From NCBI RefSeq assembly GCF_006345805.1, contig NC_043003.1:84010001-84074000 (forward strand): a stretch of DNA of 64,000 nt, given 5' to 3'. Each line of letters begins with the position of its first letter. Positions within the stretch are counted from its first letter, which is position 1. Positions 51,660 to 64,000 of the stretch are shown one piece after another. The notes below the pieces were generated by a model. That model was not told where the DNA came from. It ran no database searches and worked only from the letters and a program-made list of their open reading frames with translations. Both the position numbers and the translations under genes were made by a program. The stretch comes from Octopus sinensis (taxonomy: Eukaryota).

Positions 51660-51990
51660 TATATTGACCAATTAGTTGTTTCAGTCACTGGACAACGGAC
51701 CATTCTGGGGGTAATGCCTAAAAGGGTTTTAGTCGAACGTATCGACCCCAGTACAAAATTTAAAGTATGATATTTTATTGTTCTCTTTTCTAGTGTGTCC
51801 CCTACAAACGTCAGGCGGTTGTGAGACACACGCACATATACACAACGGATTCCTTTCAGTTTTTGTCCACCAGTTCCACTCACAAGATTTCGAGCAGCTT
51901 AGGTCCATACTAGGAGATACTTGCCTAAGATGCCATACAGTGGGACTGAACCCGGAAACATGATTAGGAAGTAAACCACTCAGCCACGCC
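51660..51990 (-). mobile_element. SINE family B, diverged
   Basis: cagtgggactgaacccgg, gttgtttcagtcactg. Confidence 0.7.
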
Positions 51991-52409
51991 TATTAATATA
52001 TAACATAATACTTGAACATCAAAATTTCCACTCTGTTTCCCACTCCCTACAAGTATAAATTAGGCTCCGAATCCGTTTATACGATTTGCATAATTTAAAC
52101 GATATATCACTTCCTAGTGCATTGCTCATACTCTATTTTTAAATTTTAATTAAAATTTCAGAGTTGCCCCACTTAGCTTTTCTTGGCCAGAATAGACAAG
52201 CAAAATAATGATTCTTTCGCACCATGGATGTAATGTAATGAACCAGTAAATCGTAACTAAAAGTTACGATTTACTGGTTCTTTACATTACGTATGTTAGC
52301 ACCAATATTAATACTTTCGGTTCCATGCAGAGAGCGCCCAAAGGTAATTTTCCCTACTCTCTATACCATATTGTTTGACTGACAAAGAAAATCTAAACTC
52401 AGCCAACAC

Positions 52410-52570
52410 CACTCACACTGGTTTGAAATTTTGACACAAGGCCAGCAATATGGGGGAGGAGATAAGTCGAATATATCAACTCCAGTGCTCCATTGGTACT
52501 TATTTTATCGATCCTGAAAAGATGAAAGGCAAAGTCGACCTCAGCGGAAGTCCAGCTCAGAACTCGCCCC
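52410..52570 (-). mobile_element. SINE A'
   Basis: Core plus tail. Confidence 0.7.
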
Positions 52571-53189
52571 ATTGCCAACACCACTCATATTCTAAAGTGT
52601 ATGTCTCTTGAATAAACATTAATAAATCAATTTGCTGTTGTAGTACAGCCCCAGGGCAGCTGGATCGAACAGGCCTATGAGCAAGGGCGGAAACCCAGCA
52701 TCCTTTGTTTTAAAGACATGTATTTAGGACTATAATACATGTGCCCTTTCCTTTTATTTTTGAAGACGTTAGGGCGTAATTTGAGAGAGATAGAGAGAGA
52801 TAGAGAGAGAGAGATCTGGTTGATATTACTAGAAGGTCGAGAGATCACGTAGAGATTCCCCTTCGTCAGTTTACTCAATAATAGATATAAATGTAATGGT
52901 ATAGTACAAACATTGAAATATTCAATACTTCGATAAACATCGCATGATAAACAGGATAATAATGATGAAGGGCAACGATGTTGGCGAGGATACTGACAAT
53001 GATGAAGACGATGGCAATGATAATGACTATGAGGATGACACGTCCATATGTTACTTTTATTGATTTTGATGGAAACAGGAAGTGTAGTTATCGTTCTAAA
53101 AAAACAAGAACTCAACCAGATAAAAAGATAAAATTTAAAACGTATTAATAATAACAGTGATAATTTAGGCACCAAACCACACACGTTTT

Positions 53190-53760
53190 TTTAAGGTCGA
53201 GATAAGTCGATTACACTGACCCCAGTGCTTAAGTTGTACTTAATTTTATCAAGTGAGGAAGAAAAGCAAATACAGTCTCGATACGATTTGAACTAAATAC
53301 CGCAAGGTACTTCGTTTACCAGCCAACCCAATCTATCAGCTTCTTACTACTACTACTACTACTATAATAATAATAATGATAATAATTATTATTATTATTT
53401 CTACTATAGACATATGGCTTGAAATATTTGTGGGGTGGAGGCTTGTCATGACATCGACCCGAGTACAACAATTCATCGACGTCGTAGGAAAGAAATGCAA
53501 AGTTGACTTCTGCGGAAATTGAACTCAGAACGTAAAGATCCGGAAGATATGGCACTAAGCATTTTTGTCCGACGCGCTAACGATTCTGCCAGTTCAATTT
53601 TTCGGCTAATTTAAGGTCGGTACCATCGACTCCAGGACTTCACTGGTACTTTATTTACAGATTGTAGTGAGAGGAAAGATATGACAAAGTTCAACTCGGT
53701 AGGAATTTGAACTCGGAACCGAAATAAATACTGCAATGCATTTTGTTCTAACGATTCTGC
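53190..53760 (-). mobile_element. Cluster of three degenerate SINE A' copies
   Basis: Repeated core/B-box remnants. Confidence 0.6.
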
Positions 53761-54379
53761 CAATAATAATGTGACAGAAACGAAAAACCAAGTATCAGTA
53801 TAATGTCTCATGGTTTGAGAATTCTTTCTGGTAAAAAGGAAATAGTATGACGAGAAGATTAATCTGAGATGTAGATTACTCAGTCCCTCGTGATATAGGA
53901 CCATGTTTGCCATTTAATAATTAGTTAAAAGGAAGCTAAACAGCTAGTTAATTGCATAAATTATATAATTACTATAATATATATATGCTTATATATAATT
54001 CGTTTCGTAAACGGAAGGAAAAATACTTAATATTTTTAGTATTCAGCTGATATCATTTCACAGCTGATATCGAAGTTTCACAGGCTGACGAAATGTGAAG
54101 AAATGTGCATCATATGAAATTCCCAAGAGCAAGAATAGAGAAATAGAGGTATATAAAAGATTAAACACTGCCTCTGTTTATCTGTCTACGCAAGCATACA
54201 CACAACGATATTTTGGCACTAAAGTACAGTTTTTCGGTTCCAAGTCAGATACTGTGTCTTTTATTGTTAGGATCACTAGAGTTGTTTAACTCAATTGTAT
54301 TCAAATAGACATATTACCAAGCCTCATACCCTACACAATTATCAGTCAAAACTTTTTGTACCCCTCTCTTTATTAATGG

Positions 54380-54590
54380 TTTCCAATTTCGGCACAAGGC
54401 CAGTAAGTTCGGGGTAGGGGTAAGCCGATTGCATCGACCCCATTGCTCAACTGGTATTTATTTTATCGACTTAGAAGGTTAAAAGGGAAAGTCGACCTCG
54501 GCGGAATTTGAACTCAGTGCATAAAGATGGGGGAAGTGCCACTAAGCATTTTGCCCGATGTCCTCATGGTTCTGCCAGCTTGCCGCCTTC
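54380..54590 (-). mobile_element. SINE A'
   Basis: Complete head (ctgccagcttgccgcc), core and tail. Confidence 0.75.
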
Positions 54591-55469
54591 CTTCTATTAG
54601 ACAAAATAGAGTTCTTATCCGCTCATCCGTACAATTCCTTTTTCTTCATCATAGTGTTGGATAAGTTTTAAAATAAATTTAAAATCATCTTAATTTTATT
54701 AAACATGGCAATTTGTCCACCACTTTTCAACCTTTCACAGGTTTAACTCGTTAAAGACTTGTTTAGTTGCCTTTTTTTGAGCGCAGATGAGTGAGAGAGT
54801 AAGTATTTGCTTTGTGTCGAGAAGTTATTCGTGGCAAAAGCTGGCATCCCTTCTAGCTGAATCAGTAGATACCTTAAATTAGTGGTTCTCAGCATTCCCT
54901 TCCACTGAAAAGCATTTTACAAACGCCTTGACCCTATGTTTTGCAATCCCCCGCCCCGCAAATAGAAGCTGATTTATGCAGTTTCTATCTCCGTTTAGTT
55001 ATTTGCGTGATTTAATGCAACCAACATCAATTTTATAAGAGACTTATCAAAGATGAAGGGGTCTTATATAACAAATTTGTTTTGGACTTTGGCGCATCAT
55101 GTCCTATTTCTGCTCACTAATGATACAATCTCATATGCAATTCAGTTTATATCGTTTCTAAGAATAATTACGACCTGTCTAAACATTCAGCGTCCGTTAT
55201 AGAGCTTCCATGACATTTTTAGAACTTTTCAATCTCAGTCACAACGACTGAGATTGAAAAGATCCACATTTTCTGCTATCTAGGGGACGTTACTTCCTAA
55301 GTCTAAAACCAATGTCTTATGCTTCAAAACTGTATGAAAGATATTTAGGACAATTGGTTTTACCAGCGATAGTGTCACAGTGTTGCCAAGCAATCACAGT
55401 AAGCGATGGGCATTTGTTACATACTCGGCGGCCTTCACTATAATTCTTTTAATTTTGACAAAAATCCAG

Positions 55470-55640
55470 CAATTTTAGAACAGGGTTAAGTCAATTACAT
55501 CAACCCCAGCGCTCAATGAGTATTTAATTTCATCGACCCGAAAGGGGGAAAAGCAAAATCGACTTCGGCGGAATTTGAACTTAGCGCCATTTCTTCCAGC
55601 TTCATGTCCTAAGTATTTTGTCTAGGGTGCTAACGATTAT
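55470..55640 (-). mobile_element. SINE A'
   Basis: Core and B-box. Confidence 0.65.
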
Positions 55641-55942
55641 ACAAGTACGACAACTTGCATTATAGTAAAAAGGTATATGTATGTATTACCTTTGACAAAA
55701 CGACTGGAATACTTTTCATTGATCCCGCCGAAAGAGATCAGAATAAAACGACTTAATTCACGACTGAATTTCGGCTTAAAATTGAATTTCACCTCTTTGA
55801 TTTCATGTCACCGGAAAACGTGTGTAAAGCACACCATTGCATTTCCCTAGTTCTGAGAACGTGTGCTTATGGAAGACATTATCGGTGGCATCTCAGCAGC
55901 TGCATTTACCAATTTGTATGTATACACACACACACATATATA

Positions 55943-55986
<44 letters not shown>

Positions 55987-56549
55987 GCATAGACGCACAC
56001 ACGTGTGTGTATATATATAATAGAAATAGGTTTCAAAGAGAAGACACTACACGTGGTATAAATAGGGGAAAAGAAAAGAGAAAATGCACATTGAATATAA
56101 AAAAAAATAAAGGCTTCTTTATAAAAAGTAACGATATATATAAATACAATTAGATGAACTGAGGTAGAATTGAGAGGTATAAAAGTCATTATTATGAATT
56201 GTTAAAGACTATAATTGTGTCTATATGTATAGACACACATATTGACACCACACACACCCAGACATATGACACCTACACACACATATCCTCTTTTATATTT
56301 GCAGAATTAAGTAGAGGAAAAGGAAGAATTTCGTGATATCACATTAAATATAGAGTAGATTCGTAAGTTCTTTTTATTTATCTAATGAAAACAACCGAAT
56401 ACGAAGCTGAAGTCGATGTGACTGACTTGTTAGTGTGGAAGAATTAGAATGTGAAAGAAAATCAGCTGTGTGGGGTGTTATAGTAGAAGCCTGTGATTTT
56501 CTGGGGAAAGTAGCATGACATACCACACGGCTTTCAAAAGAATCCCATG

Positions 56550-56583
<34 letters not shown>

Positions 56584-56861
56584 AAACTTTTTATTTCCAG
56601 TTTTCTCTGTTATAATATGAAACAGCACGGCCAGGGACCATAAAGTTTAGTATAAAACAAATAGAGAACAGGACATTTTTTTTGAGGAAGAAAAACAAAA
56701 AAATACTAATAAATAAAATTTAAAAAATCATTTGTTCATAAACAATATTAGGAGTTTGAAATTACAACCCAAATTGCTAAATCTATATACATATTCAAGG
56801 GTTATAGCCACAGAGTTGCTATAGATCAATGCTTTACAAGCTGGCTGAGTGGTAGGAAGTT

Positions 56862-57060
56862 GCAGGCGTGGCTGTCTGGTAATAAGTTTGCTTCCCAACC
56901 ACATGGAACTGAGTTCAGTCCCACTGCGTGGCATCTTGGGCAAATGTCTTCTACTATAAACTTGAGTCGGCCAAAGCCATGTTAGTGGGTTTAGTAGACG
57001 GAAACTGAGAAAAAAGCTCGTCGTGTGTGTGTGGCAGAGTGTGTTCCCGCCACCACTTTA
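56862..57060 (+). mobile_element. SINE family B, 5' half
   Basis: Head through gacggaaactgag. Confidence 0.75.
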
Positions 57061-57099
57061 TGGATATTATCTATTCTTTGTGAAAGTGACGAGCTCATT

Positions 57100-57285
57100 A
57101 ACACGCCGGGCAAAGAGCTTAGCGGTATTTCTTCTGTCTTCATGTTCTGAGCTCAAATTCCTTCGACTTTGCTTTTCATCTTTTCGGCGTCGATGATAGT
57201 ACCAGTCGAGTACTGGGGTCAATGTAACTGACTATCCCTTCCCCCTAAAAATCCAGGCCTTGTGTCTATAGTAGAAAGGATAAGT
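57100..57285 (+). mobile_element. SINE A'
   Basis: Head, shortened core and gccttgtgtctatagtagaaagg tail. Confidence 0.7.
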
Positions 57286-58427
57286 GATTCTTTGTATAGG
57301 CAAGAAGTTGCAATTGGCTGTCCCGAGAGAGAGGGCGAGGATGTTTGAGCTTGTAAGTTCCTATCTTTACCGACAACATTGCCACAGCGACGAAAGTACG
57401 ACATATGACTGGAAGGATTTTTCTATGTAAACGTTCGTATCTTTACTAGCATTGCTTTGGTCCAGTCTATTTAATCGTTGAGGGAAGTACAACTTACCGC
57501 TGTGACGAAATAAGAGCGTTGTAAAAACGATATGTGTCAAGCTGGTATGGTAAAACCAAGCTTATTTCCAATGTTGTTTCATACACAATGACTTGGACCG
57601 ACAATGTTTCATTGACACATTTGTTAAGAGAGGAAAATATAAGCCTTTTTGGCTCTCTTCACGCTTTAGAGGCAGTGAAGTTAATTTCTAAGCCATCTTC
57701 CAACTACAAGCCTACATCAATCTATATTTCATTCAAATCTTTCCTTTCGACATCCATTATGTAGCTCATTTCTTTTTGTTTTATTTATTTATAATGAGAA
57801 GGAAGGTGATATTTATATTTGGGAATTGTTTTGCAAGGCATCTGGAGCCAATTAGACGGCCCCTTTCTTAAACTCACTCTCACCCACCCAACAAAAAAAT
57901 AGAAATACGATACTTGAGGATGTTGTTTGGGAATATTCAAGATAAAGAAGTTGGAATAAAGCATTCTCTTGAGTAAGCCTTGTAAGGCATAATATATCGT
58001 TAAATGTGTGTGTGTGTGTGTGTGAAGAGGGGGGTGGGGTGGAAAATGCCCCAGCATGGTCACTGCCCTCATCTAAAACCAGTAAAAGATAAATATACAT
58101 ACATAAATATAAGCGTTAACATGAGATCTTAAATATAGGGTGTAGCTTGATTTCATTTCAGCTGTTATTTCTAGCAAGTCAATCAACCGCGCGGGGTTTC
58201 CTTTATTTGTTGTAAAACCCCGGGTTCGATCAGTGTCGTTGATGATGGAAAGCATTCAAATTGGGCCCACCCCGCCTTCAAATTCTGCATTATACAATAG
58301 TCATTTCCTTTTCCAAACGTTAGAGTGTAATTTGAGGGAGTGGTGCGACTTCTATTTCTAGAATTTCGAAGAACAGCAGAGACTTCCTCAGTGGTGTATG
58401 TAAACAAATTAAAGGGAACAACTATAC

Positions 58428-58463
<36 letters not shown>

Positions 58464-59002
58464 TGTGTGCTTTTACACATGAGGTTACCAAAACATAGAT
58501 ATTGTTTGTTACTTAGCGTGTACAACTTGCTCGTCTAAGTAACCCCACTTATACACATACGAGCAAATGAGTGTTTATATATATTTGTATGTGTCTAAGT
58601 GTACATAAGAGTGTAGGAAAATGTATATACTTATGTTTGTTTACATGTCTTTATATACAATGTATGTATACAGTGAGCGTGCGTATGTGCGGGGTACATA
58701 TCTGTTCTTGACATCAAATCAATCCACAGTGATGACATGAGGGTCGATTTGTAATTGGTTTAGTTTATTAAGAAAAGCAATGCACTGACATATTTCCTTA
58801 ACATACACACAGCAAGGAACAGATGCATGGTTCGAGTACCAACAGAGCCAAGGTATTTTGTTGTAAATAGTACTTAAAGGTTATATATATATTTAATTAA
58901 AACTTATCTGTTAATTTATCTAATACTCTAAGAGGAAGAATGGATAACTTCATGACACTTTCCAGAGTCTCCGTGATAAGTGGGATGATGGCTGGGACTT
59001 AC

Positions 59003-59050
59003 CCTCAGAGGAGAGATCAACCTCAAAACCTTTGGATATAATGGGCTCCG
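59003..59050 (-). CDS. Candidate 48-nt symmetric exon (phase 1-1, xEPIISKGFEVDLSSEx)
   Basis: Strong acceptor ttcttactttttag and consensus donor G|gtaagt; length divisible by 3; open in the phase-1 frame. Confidence 0.45.
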
Positions 59051-59337
59051 CTAAAAAGTAAGAACCAGATGTTGGCAGTAAAATGGGCGACGGATTGAAA
59101 TCACCGTGTACGTCCCAAGAACAAAAGTAGTCTGGACGGGCTTCTGTAATTTCTGTCAACATAATTTTACTAACAAGGCTTTGGTCAACCCGAACTTATA
59201 GAAGACCTTTTTCAAGCACCGAGCAGTGAGAACTTCTCAACCATACAATCATGTCTGGTATATATGTTCTGTGTATGTGCGTGATGATATGTGTATACGC
59301 GTGTCTTTAAGCCAGTGCTTCATGTGTGCCTTTAAAC

Positions 59338-59698
59338 CAGTGTTCCGCAACCTTTTTTCAATTGCGGCACACACATTCTTTCCAAATGTCGGCGGCGCAC
59401 CTGAACTAAAAATATGGCTAAAAGTATAGGGGGAAAAAATGGTAATACTTAAATACAGAGGCATCTTAACGGTACTACTTAAATACAGGTGTTACGTACA
59501 AAACATTTTCAATGTACGCTGTGTGGACGTGTAATGACACCCTAGCCCTAAAACTAACCCTAAAAACTAAGTCTCTTTCATATCGTTACGTAGATGCATC
59601 GGGACCTCTGCATTTAAGTAGTGCCAAAAAAAAAAATTGTATTCAGTATCGTCTCGTGGCACACCAGTGTGCCGGGGAATACTGGTTGCGGAGCACTG
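59338..59698. mobile_element. hAT-type MITE
   Basis: TIR cagtgttccgcaacc / ggttgcggagcactg (14/15); degenerate 8-bp TSD ctttaaac/atttaagc. Confidence 0.7.
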
Positions 59699-61423
59699 AT
59701 TTAAGCGTGTATCATTGTCAGTGCATATATAGATAGGTAGGGGTGTGCGAGAATGCAAGCTGACAAGTGTATGTGGTTTGAACTACCTGTTATTTGAGTT
59801 TACGAGTTGAAATTGGCTGCAAATAGCTCGTTACATTTTTGGGGCCATAACAATTGTCTTCATACATAGAACAGTCTGAAATAGGGAGCGGATTATCTTT
59901 CGTTCAACTGAATGGTGCAAAACTGTTTTCTTATCTTCATTCTATACAACGGGTGCTAAGTTCTGAAATTCCTTTCGGTGCTTAGAAAGCATTCACGCGT
60001 GTGTTGTGTGAATTTAATTTATCCGTTTTTGTAGGAAATCCTTAGAATGAGTTTAATTTTCTAGTTATCAAAAAGGGAGGGCGAGAGAGAAAGAGAGAGG
60101 TTCATTTAGCCATGTAATTCAAGCTTAAAAGCAACTCCTAAAAAGTACTGCAAACAGAATATTTAATGCAACAATTTATTTTTTTGGGCGGCTTCACGTC
60201 TGGATTTCGTAAGTTACATACAAACTGAGAATATTGAATGTTAGAAATAACATTATTTTGTTTAAATCTAGTGTCCTGTAAAGATATGGCTATCATATAT
60301 TGTAATAAATAAATAAAAAGAAAGGATTTCTGATAAAGGTACACGGCAATATGCATTATGTCAGAGAAGTCGATTACATCGACCCCAGTTCTTCACAAGT
60401 ACCTATGTTATTGATCTATGCGTAGGTGGAAAGGGACCTAATTGACTCAGTGGTGTGAACTGAACTCGGAAAAAGTAGTGGAACAAACATTTTGGTCGGG
60501 TTTTTCGAAAAAATATTTACTTGTATTCTATTAATGTTCTGAGTTCGAATTTCGTCACGGTCCACTTAACCCATCTTATTTTTAACCTCTATAAGTTATG
60601 TCTGAAATTTGGGAAACACAAAACCAAAGAGAAATTAGTTAGAGGGATTGGACAGCCTTTCCTGTTTTGGGGTGATAGACCGAATCCTTCATCTGGTTTA
60701 ATACCTTAGCATCCTTGGGTGTAATTTAGTGGAGTCTATTCTGTTGCAGCTATTCGGATCAAGTCTTCAGTTTAAGGAAGACACTGAGCCCTTTCCCACA
60801 TTAGTCTGCAAGGACCTCACAGGCGTTACCTTTTCTCCCCTGTTTAAACTACACAAAATATATCGAACGTGTACTCGTCATTTTAGTAGTTACACTGATT
60901 AAAAGGTTATGTAAATCTCCTCCTCACCCCCTACCGTGTTTATGTGCCTTGTACTTTTGTAAGAATCATATTTTGCCACGAAAGACAAAACAAAACGACA
61001 ATTCTAACAATACAACATACATTGTATTGAATTTCTCACCATTATAACACACATATCAATACAAGTCACGTGTATATTTAACAACAAAAAGTTGGCACTT
61101 TATGTATGTATGTATGTATATATATATATATATGAAATAAGCATAACTCCTGGAAACTAAATGAAAATAAAAATAAAATAGTAATTATAACTGTTTAGAA
61201 ACATTTAAATATGAACGTACATGTATAATCTTAATATCTGATACACACATACACAAAAGCTTACATATATACAATAAAACCAGATACACGAATCTGTTGC
61301 AGTATGATGTGAAAATTAGAAAAAATAAAACCTCCCAACAAACACAGTTATAGTACCCTGCACTAATACTACTAATAGTGCGTGCATAATATATATATAT
61401 ATATGGGTGCGATAAATACTGAC

Positions 61424-61466
61424 CTCCAGGGCTTTTCGATTCGCAGCAACAACAACAACACGTCAT
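61424..61466 (-). CDS. Candidate first coding segment MTCCCCCCESKSPG(x)
   Basis: ATG followed by six Cys codons, then GAG|gtcagt donor in phase 1, the phase required by downstream exons. The Cys run derives from a (TGT)n repeat and could be chance. Confidence 0.35.
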
Positions 61467-62216
61467 TTCTTCGTTTTTTTGTTGTTTGTTTTTTTTTAAA
61501 AATAGAAATTGAATAAAATAATATTAATAATAAATCCTTGAAAAATCTTGTGAAACGTTACTCCAAGACAGGTGCAGGTTTAAGGCAGAGTAAAAGTAAG
61601 TCCAGCGGGGAAAGATAAGCGATACTTTTGCTACAGAACCAGCTGGTTTGATGTTTATGGGAAGGGGATCTCACCGTCTGCCTGTCTGTCTGTCTGTCTA
61701 GCAGGCTGGCAGACGAGACTAGCTAACTTCACAAGACTATAAGGGGTGTGTAAGTTGGTTTGGATTAAACGTCTCGTTTTCCTTTTCCTATATTTTTTTT
61801 TCTTTCTTTCTATTCCCAGGCAGAATGATAGCAGTCGTCGTAGTAATAGTGGCAGTGGAAAATTTGTGTGAAGAAATGGGGGTTGGTGTTTCAAAATTGT
61901 CCTTTACACCCTACAAAACGCCTTAAAAAAGGCAGCCCAATTAGATCGAAGTCCACTTCCTTTTAATAATGAATGAAAGAAAAGTTTTGTTGCCAACTTT
62001 TTAGAAACGAGACGCTGTGTGAGTGGGGGGCTTAGCAAGCATTGATGGTTGAGTGCCGGATAGGTAGTGGTTGTTTAGAGGGTAGTAGAGGTTTTGTGCT
62101 TGTTCAAATGGCGGGTGGGGGCCCTTCTACAGCGATAGTGATAGAAATAAATGCAGCTCTCGAAAAAACAGAAAGTTGTAGCTATTTTCTCTTTCTTTCT
62201 CTCTCTCTCGCCCTTC

Positions 62217-62251
<35 letters not shown>

Positions 62252-62429
62252 TTGTCTATTTCTCCCCTGTCTCAGAAAATTCACAAGAACTAACGTCACA
62301 GTAATAAAGTAACAGTGCCTGATTTTAAGTGTGGTACAACCATCCCGGTTGATCACTTGTTAGCTTGTCATATATGGTGACGGCGGTACGGTTGGGAGAC
62401 GGGTGTGAAACTCACTCCCACCTCTTTCT

Positions 62430-62960
62430 CGTTCTTCTCTTTCAGCAACCAACAACAACAACAACTACTACTACTACTATCTCACCACAGCTACCGCAAC
62501 AATGATCACTGGCAACTAGCACAGCTCTAATTCTCACCACCGCAAACAACAACTACCACCAGTAGTTCTGCTATTATCTTCAATTACCACCACAACCACC
62601 ACCACCACAACTTGGTCACAACTCAAAACTAGCACTCCTATTAACACCAATATACATCCCCCATCACCGCCGCCGCCGCCGCCATCACCACCACCAGAAA
62701 CAACATCCTCTACCACTATACCAGTCATTATCACAACAACCAACCAATATCATCTTTACCAAATGTACCAATTTCCAACCCCCAACTCCACCGCCACTAC
62801 CGCCACACCTATCATCGTTACGCTACGTCTGTTATTAATTTCCACTACCAAAAGAACTATACTTTCGAAATCTGTTCTACCACCAAAGTACATGGTACCA
62901 TCGTCTGCATGTCTGCTTTTGTTGTTGTTGTTGCTGCTGATATTGTTGGTATTATATAAC
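62430..62960. repeat. Low-complexity trinucleotide region (AAC/ACT/ACC/CCG)
   Basis: Direct reading. Confidence 0.85.
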
Positions 62961-63129
62961 TCCATGTCAAACATGATCCGGCGGATCTACAATGAAAGCT
63001 GTTCCAACCGTGACCATTTCTCCACACACACACACACACACAAAGGTTATTACCAGTTTATATATGCTTGGTGCAATAGCTATCTTTCGGGTTCGAATCT
63101 GGTAATAACCTGTAATCATACACATTGTT

Positions 63130-63300
63130 GGCTTAGCTCTGCCACCCACGAGCGTAGCTAGAGTGTATACCGCCCGGTGCGGGCCTTCCCCACTGATCCC
63201 ACGAAAAGCACATATTGCCTACAGCAGACCCAAAAGTGCCGCCCGGGTCGAAAAGCCCCTCCCTCCCCCTAGCTACGCTAGTGTTACCACCCCGTAACAC
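63130..63300 (-). promoter_or_regulatory. GC-rich promoter-like island
   Basis: Two GGGCGG boxes (63170-63175, 63239-63244), a GGGGGAGGGAGGGG tract and high CpG content, lying upstream of the candidate first exon on the - strand. Confidence 0.3.
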
Positions 63301-63385
63301 ATACAAGCATACATACATACATACATACATACATACATACATACATACATACATTACATTACATTACATTACATTACATTACATT
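63300..63385. repeat. (CATA)n to (CATTA)n compound microsatellite
   Basis: Direct reading. Confidence 0.9.
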
Positions 63386-63646
63386 TCTCGCTCCTTCTCT
63401 CTAATTTGTCCTCTTGATCCACTCTCAAGCCATCTGGCCGTACTTCCTTCGTCCCACTCTCTTACTATCTTCCCCCACTCTCTTACCCTCTATCCATTCC
63501 AGACCCTCACCCCCGCTTCTTTCTGCTTATTTTCCTCTCTTTATCTGTTTTACATATTGGTAGTATGTACGTACGCTGGCATGGATGTGTTTGTGCAGGG
63601 AACCTACCTCTAGATGTACGGATGCAGGTATGAATTGGTGTACTTA

Positions 63647-63677
<31 letters not shown>

Positions 63678-64000
63678 GTGTGTGTGTGTGTGCGTGTAGA
63701 TACTTATGTTTCTATTTATGTACATACGTATTGGCATAAAAATGTTTGTATGCGTATATGTACGTGTATATGTGCTTTCGTATATTTACTTAATCTTATA
63801 AAAACAAATGTTGCTCTAAATCCAGCCTCTGCTTATCAACTAAATTCAAACTACGTCCGTAATCATTAAACAGCTCTATTTCCAACATTTCCTCAGTGGT
63901 TCAGAAAATATCGGGAGACCTATGCTTCACTGAAAAGGTCTGAGTTACACCAAAATATGTCTTGAGTTGTCTCCCATACCCACCAAAAGCTATGGGAAAT

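Noticed and set aside
62534-63161. Gly/Val/Thr-rich ORFs up to 132 aa
   Set aside because: Products of trinucleotide low-complexity sequence on both strands.

Overview
AT-rich, repeat-saturated animal genomic DNA, not prokaryotic: there are no operons, CRISPR arrays or rRNA. The SINE/MITE families and microsatellite load look like an octopus (coleoid cephalopod) genome; this is recognition from memory, not a database result. Almost all ORF-track entries are microsatellite, SINE or low-complexity artefacts. One exon is clearly recognisable: 19299-19461 (- strand) encodes the Cys-rich N-terminus and first TM helix of a myelin proteolipid (PLP/DM20/M6) family protein, with PLP1-like intron phases (1 in, 2 out). 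Five further small, GC-richer, splice-site-flanked segments on the - strand (61.4, 59.0, 46.6, 36.7, 28.0 kb) can be joined to it in frame, giving a hypothetical N-terminal extension that starts MTCCCCCC; most of the window would then be intron of this gene. The TM2-TM4 exons could not be identified. Other content: four to five interspersed SINE-like families (several with TSDs, nested copies and a dimer), RTE-type LINE 3' fragments, piggyBac- and hAT-type MITEs, Penelope-like ends with hammerhead-like cores, a recent ~0.7 kb tandem duplication bounded by (TA)n, and several near-perfect 16-29 bp hairpins. Coordinates of degenerate repeats are approximate.
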